A DNA stretch of 64,000 nt from Octopus vulgaris. Lineage: Eukaryota. Where the stretch lies: the NCBI GenBank assembly GCA_951406725.2, contig OX597814.1, positions 201,190,001 through 201,254,000 on the forward strand. Reading direction: 5' to 3'. Position numbers and translations under genes: made by a program. Positions 1-11,624 of this stretch are shown here, piece after piece. Numbering within the stretch: the stretch's first letter is position 1; every line of letters begins with the position of its first letter. The notes below the pieces were generated by a model. That model was not told where the DNA came from, did not search any database, and saw nothing but the letters and a program-made list of their open reading frames with translations.

Positions 1-1315
1 GCATGTATGTATATATATATATATATATATTATTTATGATTTATATATACACACACATGTGTATGTATGTATTTATGTATATATATATGTGTTTGTGTGT
101 ATATATATATTGCTAGTGCGTTTATGTCTCTCTCTCTCTATATATATATATAGACTTTTTGTCTTCTTTATAGTTTTGATTGCGCAGCTGGTATATTGGT
201 ATTGAGAATGATTGAGTGATTAGTTGGTGTAGATGAGGAATTTCTCAGCTACTCTCGAAGCCTACCACAGCTTTTGCCAGGTTTCAAAGCAACCATTTTA
301 TTCTGTTACCAGGAGTAGGATTTGAAGTCAGAATTCACAGAACTTGAACGAATATCACAAGATACTCTCTCCGATGCCATTACCACATTGCCAATTCAAA
401 GCTGCACATGCACACAGATACAAACACAACACATACAACAACAGCACACATATATGTACAGACACACCACACACACATGAAAACGTGCATGTGCATGTAG
501 AAACACATGCATACAGCCATGCCAACACACTCCTATGAATGCATTCCAACATACGCAGAAACATTTCTAAACAGACATTTAGTGATTCACAGAAAGGAAA
601 CGCAAGACGCATTTGACTGGGAGAAATTAGCTGGAAATGATGGAATCAGAGTAAACACAAGAAAACATAGATTTAAACATAAGGTTTATAACTTGTGAGA
701 GATTACTCAGAGAAAGCCAAGTGAAAGTCTACATTCTCACTAGAAACGGTGATTCCAATTAATGGGAAACACTTGCAATCCTATTATAATGTGTGGCCTG
801 ATAGGCCTTTTAGTGTTTTCTGCATAAAATCAGCTTAGATATCGATTTATTTCAAAGGGAAAATTGTTTCTTTGCTGTGAGAAAGATGAAAATTGTGATG
901 GATTCAGTGCAATGAGATAACAGGTTGGAAACGATTGACCTCTTAGCTGCTGTTTGACTGGGATTTATAAATGGAGGTGCAGTTTTACAACAGCTCACCA
1001 AAATTCTTTCTACAGATGAGGGAGCTAACGATGGAGTTTTTATTTGATCTGCTTGAAATAGCAGCCTGTATCTCTATCACGTCACAGCTTGCCTTCTAAA
1101 AAAATGGAAGGATACATTGGAAGAGGTAGAAATAAAAATATATCATCATCATTATAGATGCAGCAGTGGCTGCGTGGGAAGAAGCTTGCTTCCCAACCAC
1201 ATGGTTCTGGGTTCACTCCCACTGCGTGGCACCTTGGGCAAGTGTCTTCTACTATAGCCTTGGGCCGACCAAAGCCTTGTGAGTGGATTTGGTCCATTGT
1301 ATATATATATATATA

Positions 1316-2449
1316 CTAGCAGTATCGCCCGGCGTTGCTCGGGTTTGTAAGGGAAATAACTATATAAGCATTTTTAGAGAGTTATAGCCAAAAAGTAGCA
1401 AAAAAATGCATTAAAAATTGAAAAAAAATTAAGGTAAATTTTTCTTTAAATCGTTGACACATCGTAGATATTTTTAGAGAGTTACTTCCCTTATATAAAA
1501 GCGAAAAAAATGCATTAAAATGGAAAAATATGATGGTAATTTTTTTTTAAATCGTAGACTCATCGTAGACGCGCGCTAATACCCAGAAGGGCTCGTTTGT
1601 TATTCTGGGTAACTTTCTGTAAAATTATTAAAATTTTGTTCAAACATCGCTATAGAAAATGGGTTATTAGCTAATATTCAATTGGGTATACAACAAAATT
1701 TTACGATAGAATTTGTTATTCTGGGTAACTTTCTGTAAAATTATTAAAATTTTGTTCAAACATCGCTATAGAAAATGGGTTATTAGCTAATATTCAATTG
1801 GGTATACAACAACATTTTACGATAGAATTTGTTATTCTGGGTAACTTTCTGATACCCATAATAATATTTATGGCAAAATAGGCCTTAATTTCATTTAAGA
1901 TTGTGGGAAATAACAAACTATCCTTTCTTTCGGTTTGTTTACGTTTAGCGTAATGATTTCAAATAGGCTCATTCGAAAAAGTAAATAGAAATAGTCTAAG
2001 GCTTTACTCTTCTGGGAAAGTCTGTGGCTTGGTCCAGTTTCTTCAGAAAACTCACCGAAAGAAACAGTTTTTAAATTTTCACTCCATTCAGGTACCAATT
2101 CGTTTTCTTTATCGCTGTCGGATTCACTGTTTTCACTTTAATAGCTGCAAACTTGCAAAGACAAAGGTGGAGAAGGGTGATAGCGTCAGTGAAACAATTC
2201 GCTCCCTTTGTGTGTGTGTGTGTTTGCGTGTGCTGTAAACCAGACTAAGAAAAGCATTTGACACACACACCAGAATGTGAGTTTTCTGTAAATTTTGCTT
2301 AATTGGAGTTTAAATTTTAAAACTGGACCTGGCATGACGCGATGCATTGTACTCTTAAAATTGCCAGGTAAATTGTAATTGAAGAAATCCTATATTGTAG
2401 ATTTGTATAACTCCCAAAGGGAGGCAGATAAAATCTGCCTTTTATAATA

Positions 2450-2454
<5 letters not shown>
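1316..2454 (-). mobile_element. Non-autonomous Helitron with a composite 5' end
   Basis: On the minus strand it starts A|TC (2454) and ends CTAG|T (1316), with the subterminal hairpin cccgagcaacgccggg. No TSD; it sits in (TA)n. 1316-1595 matches the 3' part of the Helitron at 37208-37590. Confidence 0.85.
1596..1851. repeat. 116-bp tandem repeat (~2.2 units) inside the Helitron
   Basis: Near-identical units starting tttgttattctgggtaactttctg at 1596, 1712 and 1828. Confidence 0.95.
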
Positions 2455-2506
<52 letters not shown>

Positions 2507-2527
2507 TATATATGTACATATATATAT

Positions 2528-2753
2528 AAAAGCACCATTTGAGTGTGGTTGATGCCAGTGCTGCTTGACTGGCTCCCATGCTGGTGGCGTGTTAGAAGCA
2601 CCCACTACACACTTGGAGTGGTTGGCATGAGGAAAGGTATCCAGCTGTAGAAACATTGCCAGAACAGCCTCCTGACTTGCCTGTTCTCAGTCAATAAGTC
2701 CAACCCAATAAGTCCATCATGGAAAGTAGACGTTAAACGATGATGATGATGAT

Positions 2754-2755
<2 letters not shown>
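2528..2755 (+). mobile_element. RTE-type LINE 3'UTR fragment
   Basis: aaagcacc module, ggagtggttggc..ggaaaggtatccagctgtagaaac, and the terminal gacgttaaac(gat)n shared with many copies in the window. Confidence 0.7.
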
Positions 2756-2799
<44 letters not shown>

Positions 2800-3477
2800 G
2801 TGTGCATGTGTGTGTGTATTTGTGTGTCTGTGTTTGTCTCTCCACCATCATTTGACAGCTGACGCTAGTGTGTTTACGTCTCCATAACTTAGCAGTTCAG
2901 CAGAAGAAATCAATAGAATAAGTACTAGGCTTAAAAAGAATAAGTCCTGTGGTCAATTTGCTTGACTAAAAGGTGTTGCTCCAACATGGCCACAGTCATA
3001 TGACTGAAACAAGTAAAAGAATAAAAGAATATCTTTTTTATTTTCAGTTTAATGACCACCCAGAATGACTTTGATCATAGCTCTGATTGATCAGGGATGG
3101 CCATGGGCAATATGATATCTACTAAACTCTATCATCATCATCATCATCTCTGTATCATCATCATCATCATCACCATCCTGTGTTTTAAATCCGGGTTTTG
3201 TTGCCATTAATAGGGGTGGTTGGATCTACCTCAATGCCATAGCAACCGAGGTAGGCAGATGCAGCCCACCCCAACCTTTGGGCTGGCTTGTGCCCATTCT
3301 CCTTTGCTACCATCAGGCTTTCTTTGGAGCTGGATTTTCTACGGGGAGCATGCCCTTGATAGCCCCCAACCTCAGTTTTTAGATATGAGTGGTTCTGAGA
3401 CCAAGGCCTCTACCAGGATTTTTAAGAAATTTAGTGGAAAACTAGCTCAGGAAGCTACTTACCTACCTACATATATA

Positions 3478-3701
3478 ACACCGTGATCACCGTGACCGAC
3501 CAGGCTATCAGATGTTGCTACACATCGCTGATCACAATGCGCTTTGCATTGTTTTAGCATTCAAATGACGCCACCCCGCTGGCTAAGCGAGCAGGCCAAC
3601 AGAAGAAAGAGTGAGAGAAAGTTGTAGTGAAAGAGTACAGCAGAGATCGCCCCCCCCACCTGCGAGTTCACTGCCCTAACCACTGGGCCATTGCGCCTCC
3701 A
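3478..3701 (-). mobile_element. tRNA-derived SINE (family C), internally deleted
   Basis: Minus strand begins tggaggcgcaatggcccagtggttagggcag (A box), and the B-box region is missing. A related head occurs at ~31925-32010 (minus). Confidence 0.65.
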
Positions 3702-3703
3702 TA

Positions 3704-3737
<34 letters not shown>

Positions 3738-3769
3738 TATATGTAGGTATAATTATATATATATATATA

Positions 3770-4043
3770 TGCCAGCCTCGCTTGGCCCCCGTGCCAGTGG
3801 AACGTAAAAAGCACCATCTGTCCGTGGCCATTTGCCAGCTCCATCTGGCACCTGTGTGGGTGGCACGTAAAAAGCACCCACTACACTGACAGAGTGGTTG
3901 GCGTTAGGAAGGGCATCCAGTCGTAGAAACACTGCCAGATCAGACTGGGCCTGAGGCAGCCTTCTGGCTTCACAGACCCCAGTTGAACCATCCAGCCCAT
4001 GCTAGCATGGAAAGCGGACGCTAAATGATGATGATGATGATGA

Positions 4044-4047
<4 letters not shown>
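3770..4047 (+). mobile_element. RTE-type LINE 3'UTR fragment
   Basis: Two ..ggcacgtaaaaagcacc modules, then gttaggaagggcatccag, ending catggaaagcggacgctaaat(gat)n. Confidence 0.75.
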
Positions 4048-4087
<40 letters not shown>

Positions 4088-4197
4088 TGTTCCCAGATGG
4101 TGTTATTATAGTCATTTTATTTTGGTTCTCTAGTTCATAACTTATTCTAAACTAAAAAAACAAAAAATCCCACAAAAAACATATATATATATATAGT

Positions 4198-4237
4198 GCC
4201 TCGGTAGCACAGTAGGCAGCGCATCAGTCTCTTAATC
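4198..4237 (+). pseudogene. 5' half of elongator tRNA-Met (retrocopy fragment)
   Basis: gcctcggtagcacagtaggcagcgcatcagtctcttaatc closely follows the metazoan tRNA-Met(e) 5' half (GCCTCGTTAGCGCAGTAGG.AGCGCGTCAGTCTCATAATC, recalled). It stops just after the anticodon loop, and CAT reads CTT. Confidence 0.7.
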
Positions 4238-4253
4238 AAACTAAACACAAAGA

Positions 4254-4295
<42 letters not shown>

Positions 4296-4299
<4 letters not shown>

Positions 4300-6289
4300 C
4301 AAAATAAGCAACAAGGATATCTAAAGGTAGTGCAGTACGATTGTTTCATGTGACTTCATTTAATTAAACAATGCAAGTATTACATCAATTTTAAAATGTA
4401 GAGCAATCTTCAGCTGCATATAAAAAATATAGAATTTTAGTTAAATTGAAAAGATTTATATTTATACTTATTCCATTTACCAACATCACAAAGACGGTAA
4501 ATAGATAGACAGAGAATCCAGTTTCATCAGCAGAAACATGGTAGTAATTAATATTTATTCATGGAGACACTGCTTATTCCTGATTTTACTTTGCTATTTA
4601 GATTTACTATTGGGGGAGGGGGTTTAATATTATTCTATTAAGTCTAGTGGAGACAACACCAAGAACCTATCTTTTATAGATAGCTGAATAGACAGTTCAG
4701 GTGGCAGAGCCATAAATCAAGTTCTCTTTAAAGAACCCATTTGGTACAGTTGAATGTATTTCAGCTAAAATTAGTAGGCCAAAGCTAATGGAGTAGGGAG
4801 AATAGAAACTTCTAATACTTAACTATTTAACAGCCAGAATCCTACTTGTGATTTGAAATAAATAGATAAATCTTAGATAGTTTTTTTAAAGAATTCGAAT
4901 AATTTTAGTATCTTATACAATATAGGGATGGAGAATATAGAAATAATTTCATATTTATATAAATATAAATCAAATTAATATAAATTTATAGTTAATTAAT
5001 AAATAGTAATTTATTGGTATTAATGAGTTAAATTAAAGGAATAAGCTAAACATTTCATATATTATCTGCATGTTAATGATTTTAGAATGTATTTACTTGA
5101 GTTATAAAATAGATAGTGAATTATAACAGTATGGTTCTGTATAGGATAAGTGTGAACTTAATAGAAATGTATTATCGGCAAGATGATATAGTGGGTAAAT
5201 GAGTAAGATAAAATGGTTTAAAATTTTAGTGAAGGAAATTTAAATCAGTAAATTGAAAAATGAAATTATTTTAGAATATAGTAGATAAGGAGTAGACTAG
5301 ATTTGCATTCCAAAATCTTATTATAGGATATATCTAGCTTATTTATAATAGGTGAGGTAAGCTGCTATAAGAAAATGCTTAATAATTACATTAAAATTTT
5401 ATAATTACTAGACTAAAATTAATATTCATTTATCATGGGAGTTGTCGTGTAAGATTAGTGTTTCATATCGGGTGAAGAAATGATCAAACTATTGGTTAAA
5501 AATTATATTAATAATAAGACCATTATAGAAATAGAGACTAAATAAAATACATATTATTTTCTATTCATTATCAGGTTTTGAATATTAATTAAGGGGATTT
5601 AGAAGAACTTTTTATGAGAATATTCTTAGTAAATAAGGTATTGATTGGCAAACATATCAAAAAATTTTAAATATAATGGAAGGGAGGCAACCAAGATGAA
5701 AGTTCTTAGAATTAGGAATATTTAAATTTAGTATTCAAGAATGAAGTATGGTTTATATGGGGCATAATAATTTAGGCTAGTTAGGGGTAATATTTATAAA
5801 ATAAAAAAAAAAATTAGGTGTAGTAGAATTCTTGCAGAAAGAGATATGGACATTACCAATTCTTTAAACCTTTTGTGGATTAAGTTTACAACTTAATACT
5901 TTTATTAGATATATGGAATTTATGTAATAGTTATAGAAATTTTTAAATATTTTATTCAACTTCATTTAATTTATTTATGTTACTAAATTTTTTTTACTAA
6001 ATTTTTTTAAACTAAATTTAAAAAAAAAAAAAAATTTTTTTTAATAACTAATGTTGATTAAATAAAAACTAGCAGGGTGTATTATTTCCTTATTTTGATT
6101 TCAAAGTATTTAGATTTAAAATTTAGGAATAATTAGAATGCTATTCATTAAAATATTTAAAGGTATGGGTAATACAGTGTATGCAAGACCCTCCTAGATC
6201 AAAACGGTTATTTAATAAGTTTACATTATCTCTATGTTTCAAAATTTCATATATCTCCATAGAACAAAGTCCACATCCATCTCTACTAG

Positions 6290-6290
<1 letters not shown>
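4296..6290 (-). mobile_element. Decayed Penelope-like retroelement (GIY-YIG C-terminal remnant, HHR-bearing tail)
   Basis: Minus 6290-6165 reads TSRDGCGLCSMEIYEILKHRDNVNLLNNRFDLGGSCIHC, matching the PLE endonuclease C-terminal pattern C.LC..E...L....LLN.R.EL...C.H. HHR at 4331-4418, (TA)n flanks, and an inverted internal copy at 6478-6566. Confidence 0.6.
4331..4418 (-). ncRNA. Type I hammerhead ribozyme motif with long branched stem II
   Basis: tgcag-CTGAAGA-[~59 nt]-GAAAC-aatc-GTA-ctgca. Stem I is a perfect 5 bp, and the cleavage triplet is GUA. Confidence 0.65.
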
Positions 6291-6317
<27 letters not shown>

Positions 6318-6320
<3 letters not shown>

Positions 6321-6470
6321 GACGGGCTTCTTTCAGTTTCCATCTACCAAATCCACTCACAAGGCTTTGGTCAGCCTGAGGCTATAGTAGAAGACACTTG
6401 CCCAAGTTGCCACACAGTGAGACCGAACCTGGAACCATGTGGTTGGGAAGCAAGCTTCTTACCACACAGC
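6318..6470 (-). mobile_element. SINE family A, 5' half
   Basis: Reverse complement of the family A head and CORE region. Confidence 0.8.
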
Positions 6471-6574
6471 TATTAATTATTTCTATAATGGTCTTTTAAC
6501 CAATAGTTTGATCATTTCTTCACCTGATATTAAACACTAATCTTACACGACAACTCCCATGATAAAGAGTTTAA

Positions 6575-7340
6575 TCAATGCCTGCACTTGACCGGTACTT
6601 TATTTAATTAACCCCAGAGGGATGAAAGGCAAAGCTGACCACAGCAGGGTTTGAACTCAGATTGTATAGATTGAGAATAAATACCGCAAAGCATTTTGTC
6701 CAACACTGATTTCAAATTTTGGTACAAGGCCAGCAATTTATGAGAAGTGGGTAAGTGAATTACATCGGCATCAGTGTTCAAATGGTACATTTTTTATTGA
6801 CCTCGCAAAGACGAAAGTCAAAGTCAACCCCAGTGACATTTGATCTCTGAACATAAAATCAGGGAGATACCACAAAGCACTTTTTTTCCAGCTCAGTACT
6901 GATTCTGCCAGCTTGCTGCTTTCTATAGAGGAACAAATTCTTTTCTACTCTAGGCACAAGGCCTGACATTTTGGGAAAGAGAGCCAGTTGATTAGACCAA
7001 CCCCAGTATGCAAAGTCGAACTCAGTAGAATTTGAACTCAGAACGTAAAGACATGAAATACCGCTAAATATTTTGACCGGCATGTTAACGTTTCTGCCAG
7101 CTTGCTGCCTTGAATTTACCAAAATATTCTTTTCTACTCTAGGAACAAGACCTGAAATTATTGGGAAGGAGGCCAGTCAATAAGATCAACCCCAGTACAC
7201 AACTGGTACTTAATTTATTGATCCCGAAAGGATGAAAGGCAAAGTCGACCTCAGTAGAATTTAAACTCAGAACGTAAAGACAGATGAAATACTAAGCATT
7301 TTATCCGGTGTGTTAACAATTCTGCCAGCTTGCTGCCTTC
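6575..7340 (-). mobile_element. Cluster of about 4 tRNA-derived SINE family B copies (Meta-domain-like core)
   Basis: Repeated ggtacttatttt..atcgaccccgaaaggatgaaaggcaaagtcgacc..tttgaactcagaacg blocks. On the minus strand these give B box gagttcaaa followed by core gcctttcatcctttcggggtcgataa. Confidence 0.75.
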
Positions 7341-7799
7341 TGAAGAGGAAAATATTACTATCAGCAATTATTCTGATTTGCAGACTTGCTCAATGAAGTA
7401 TTTTTTTATTATATACTTTAGATTTTTATTGATCTCTATTGAGTGACTGTTTACCAGAGTTACATAATGTTGAGTATTTATCTCCATTGTATGGACTTAA
7501 TCACCAATTTAAATTGGGATACACAAACACAGACAACGCACGCATATACAAATACATGCAAATACACACAAATACACACATACATACACAAACACACACA
7601 CACAAACACATACACACACACACAAAACACACATGTATACACATACATGCATGCACACATATCTATGTATGTGAATATGTGTGTTATTGGCTGTGTTCTT
7701 AAGACGTTTGTTATCTAACCTCATGGACTTGGCTCCAGTGCCACTGTATGGTACATTGTGCAAGGGCTTTTTTACTATAGCTATACGTTGACTAAGCTT

Positions 7800-8030
7800 T
7801 CATCATCATCATCATCATCATCATTTAACATCTGTTGTCCATGCTGGCATGGATTTGATGGTTTGACCAGGGCTGGCAAGGTGGAAGGCTGCACCAGACT
7901 TCAGTCTGATTTAGCATGGTTTCTATGGCTGGATGCCCTTCCTAATGCCAACCACTCCGAGAGTGTAATGGGTGATTTTACGTGCTACTTGCACAGGTAC
8001 CATTTGCATGAAACCAGTATCATGTTATAG
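7800..8030 (-). mobile_element. RTE-type LINE 3'UTR fragment
   Basis: (cat)n, tttaacatctg..ccatgctggcatgg..ggatgcccttcctaatgccaaccactcc. Confidence 0.7.
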
Positions 8031-8379
8031 TTGGAAACAAGTTTCACCATCATACAAATGAAGTTGTTTGTTTTCGGTCTTTTGTAGAAGCATTAACTTG
8101 CTTGAAAGCATGTGAAGGTTAGTGAGAGGAAGGGCATCCAGCCATAGATAATCCACCTCATCTAATTTTCACTGATCCATGCAAGACTGGAGAAGTGGAC
8201 ATTAAAACAATTGTAATGATAATGACGATGACAATGATGATGATTGTGCACCAGCATGGCCTCAGCCTTTGGCTGAAACCCGTAAAAGATACTAGATGTA
8301 CTTGCTATGACCCACTGGGTACAACCACCCCAAGTTGAAAATGTCAATGCATAGCAGGAAAGGAAAAAAAATACTATTT

Positions 8380-8790
8380 TGAACTTCATACAATAAATTC
8401 TTAGATAATACAGTTGTCCTGCCTTTGGTGGGACAATGTAAACAAGACCAAGCATTTCTTCTTTGAAAACTTTCAAATTGTCTTCAACTTTGGTTCCTTG
8501 CTTTCTTCTTTGCCATTCTTTGTTACTACTGTTTCAAGTGAACTACATTGGTATTTCAGCATAAAGCAATGTCTTTTTGCAAAGTCGTCATTCTGTCAAC
8601 ATTCTGTCAACATTCTGTCAATGTTGTTCTCATATGATGTTCATTGACAGCCATATATATCGTCAGTATTTCTGAGCAATGTTCTTTGCTCATTTGATAG
8701 ATGAAATTGCAGTCTAACTATTGCAGGTGCTTTTTCATGAATTGAAAATCCTAAAATGGGTGCAACTGCTTCGGATGGTCCAAGGAGGCA
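8380..8790 (-). pseudogene. Helitron Rep/helicase coding remnant
   Basis: Minus-strand frames give SEAVAPILGFSIHEKAPAIVRLQFHLSNEQR, DDFAK/TLLYAEIP, WQRRKQG and LGLVYIVPPKAGQLYYLR. These match Helitron RepHel motifs EA.WRI.GF.IHER.P.V.RL..HL and GR.Y.V.P..GE.YYLR. Stops and frameshifts are present. Confidence 0.8.
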
Positions 8791-8794
8791 AAAT

Positions 8795-8920
8795 GGCTGA
8801 GGTCCTTTTTTAATGTTGGGCCTCAAGGAGGCAGTGACCGAGACCGTTGGTATTATGTTGTGCTTGAGAAGAAGACTCTTCAAGCCAAGTAAAACTGCAA
8901 CCATGGCAGACACTGGTGTA
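8795..8920 (+). mobile_element. RTE LINE ORF end and start of 3'UTR
   Basis: gaccgagaccgttgg..gtgcttgagaagaagac..aagtaaaac, homologous to the ORF-end/UTR junctions at ~20480-20510 (minus) and ~59975-60010. Confidence 0.5.
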
Positions 8921-9534
8921 AATATTGACTAATTTCGTTATCATTGTTTATTTAAACAGTTTGGTCATTTCCTTTCAGTGTGTACTTAATGACATACTTA
9001 ACTCACCTCACTGAGGCAATGATATCAAGATACAATCTGATTGTTGTTTGTTTTCCCATTCTTATGAGATTTGGTTCCCCTCATTGCAACTGACCTTAGT
9101 CTATGAAGAGATAGACTCTCCATCTGTTTCTCTGCCTTTTGATTAAGATGATAAAGATTAATTTTTATTCTAAATAAAACAGTAATTTTTCCCTTTAAGA
9201 AAAAAAAAAATTCATTTACCTGTGATTCAAAAGTATTTCATAAAAATATAGGGAGAAGTTTTATCTTTCAAGTTCAAAACACTCCAAAAGTTGTATAAAT
9301 GATTAAGGGAATGAAAAGAAAAGAAAAACAACAAACAGATGACGACTCTTTGAAGTGTCGGCATTTTCAAGTTGATTTGTTTTTTCTTAAAGGGGGAAAT
9401 GACTATTTTATTTGTAATCATTATCATCTTAATGAAATGGCACATAAATGCAAAACAAGGTGGAAAATATAGTACTAGAATACTGAAGGTAGAGTAATAC
9501 GCTTTTTTATTAAAACTGCAAAATTGTTACAAAG

Positions 9535-9572
9535 CTGTTACTAAGGGTTTCATGTTTCCATTCATCAGACAG
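9535..9572 (-). ncRNA. Minimal type I hammerhead ribozyme in a PLE-like tail (~9440-9577)
   Basis: ctgt-CTGATGA-atg(gaaa)cat-GAAAC-cctta-GTA-acag. The core is intact, with a 4-bp stem I and a 3-bp stem II. Confidence 0.75.
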
Positions 9573-9577
9573 TTGTG

Positions 9578-9925
9578 AACATCTTAGCTTGGATTTGTGA
9601 ACGAAGATAAAGAAGGGGCTGGTCCATGTTGACTACAGGCATGTTCAAGGCTGACCAGGACAATATAGGACAGGCAGGCGTAACCACAATGACAGCAATT
9701 GAAGATCTAGTCAGGATTTGATGACTGGTGTTGCAGTTCTTTCGCTTGCGCCTTTTGTCTTTGAAAGCGGTGCTGTAGGAGTTTTCAAAGAAGACAGCAC
9801 AGATGATAGTGAGATGCCAGGCATGGCGGTTCTCAACCAGGATGGCCCAATGGTGATAGTCAATGAGATGAAGATGCAATTCAGGATAAATTCCTTGTGT
9901 TAAGCCCACACAGAGGAAGTCTCTG
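9578..9925 (-). mobile_element. RTE-clade LINE 3' fragment with a C-terminal zinc-finger remnant
   Basis: WAILVENRHAW..FFENSYSTAFKDKRRKRK, then in a shifted frame FNCCHCGYACLSYIVLVSLEHAC. This resembles the RTE C-terminus W..LA.DR..WR...KR.RRK...C..C.R.C.SRIGL.SH.R.C. Confidence 0.7.
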
Positions 9926-9952
9926 TTTAAAATTATGTAACTCTAGTTAACA

Positions 9953-10530
9953 ATTTGCATCACCGGTCTGGAACCCCTATCTTGCCCAGGATATTAAATT
10001 GTCTGGAAATCGTTCAGCGACGTGCAACCAAGAGAATACCCTCCATCAGGCATTTGCCATATTCTGAACGCCTTACTTCCCTGGGCATGGATACATTGAA
10101 ACCCTGACATCTAGCAGCTGACTTGGCAGACACCCATAAAATTATTAACCATCTTACAAACAATAACTCTGAGCACCTTTTCAAACTCCACCTGTCTAAC
10201 ACCTGTGGACATGTTTACAAAGTCAGAAAACAGCACAGCTCCCATGACTTTCGGAAACATTTTTTCATGCTAAGAGTTGCTGAAGCATGGAACAAACTGC
10301 CGGCATCAGTTGTTAGTTGTCGGAGCACTGCATCCTTCAAAACTTCCATGCTTCCTGAGATTCGCCAACACTACACCTGATTTTCTCCCTCCATACACAC
10401 GCAAGCATGTATCTGATTCATTCACTGTTCACTTCCCAGACATTTGTACATTACTGCATATGCTCTATACGCACTTTTGACAAGTTGGGGTGCACCTGAG
10501 CACTGTATACAATAATTTCATTATTATTAT
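9953..10530 (+). mobile_element. CR1-clade LINE, 5'-truncated 3' fragment
   Basis: SPVWNPY..VQRRATKRIP..TCGHVYKV..RKHFF..RVAEAWNKLP, then a 3'UTR ending gcacctgagcactgtatacaataatttc(att)n. Nearly identical to 48458-49275. Confidence 0.9.
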
Positions 10531-11449
10531 AGCCATTCAATGAAGTGAATTTCAAACTACACACTGGAGTTGATAAAGCTGACTAAAACCCTTGAAGGTA
10601 ATTGTCTTAGCAGGGCTCAATGCAATGATTGAAGCCTGAACTTGTTAAAGTACCAAAGAATAAAATTATCTATAACATATGTCTAGTTATTCAGAGACAG
10701 CAGGTTCTAATCTAAGCTCACTCCTTCTCGCAACTAATTCTGTAATAAGATATGTCATAGACAAAAATTGAAATAAATCTTAAACAAATTAAAACACCAT
10801 ATATCATAAATCTTGGCATTTATACAACAATTGATTAGGTGATTTTATTTTCTAATTGAACTCTCAAATATACAAAAGTAATATATTTCACTTGTATTGA
10901 TTGTTCTTTGACTGCTTGCCAAATCTAGACAACTGTGTTTCTCGATTCTTGAAATTTGCATTTGGTGATTTCTTCAAACTAATGATTGTATTCAAGTTGT
11001 AAATTTGATCTCCTTTTAATTTATGGGAGACAGATTGAATAACGAAATTTACATCATAAATGCCTATATTTAAAATTTCAACGCTGCATAATTATTTTGA
11101 ATCAGATTTTGTAGAGATTATTTGAGTAATTCCTCTCTAAGTATAAGATTTACTTTCAAGTTATTGTTTCACTTTAAAGATTGTGATAACAGAGAGAGAC
11201 AGAGTAAACAAGAAAGAGAGAGAGAGAGAGATGGGAAGACAAAAAAAGAGAATGGAAGAGAAAGTGAGAGAGAAGAGTGGAGATTGTTATTTTTCAGTCA
11301 GGAATATCATTTAAAAAGTTTTATGAAAATTCCTGTTCTTTCAAGTGATTTGTTTCTGAATTTCTTTTCTTTCAGTCAATTAATTTATACCAGATTGAGA
11401 TATATATATTTTGACATTTAGATATATTTTAGGAATTGTAGATCATATA

Positions 11450-11590
11450 AATACACACACACACAAACACATACATGCACACACACACACATACATGCAC
11501 ACACAAACACATACACACACAATTACCCCACATGTTTACATGTACATACAAGCACACAAGTGCATACATACATCATGCATACACACATGC

Positions 11591-11624
<34 letters not shown>

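Larger units (their letters stand above)
1160..3030 (+). mobile_element. tRNA-derived CORE-type SINE (family A), split by nested insertions: 5' part ~1160-1295, 3' part ~2756-3030
   Basis: Head gtggctgcgtgg..ggttctgggttcactccc, then CORE-like gcaccttgggcaagtgtcttctactatagcc. The 3' half has (TG)n, gatagaataagtactaggc and ends tgactgaaacaagtaaaag. More than 20 homologous copies or fragments occur in the window. Confidence 0.8.

Noticed and set aside
344-800. Short ORFs, including VNTRKHRFKHKV
   Set aside because: Mostly (CA)n-derived. The faint resemblance to a CR1 TRGH..K motif is too weak to call.
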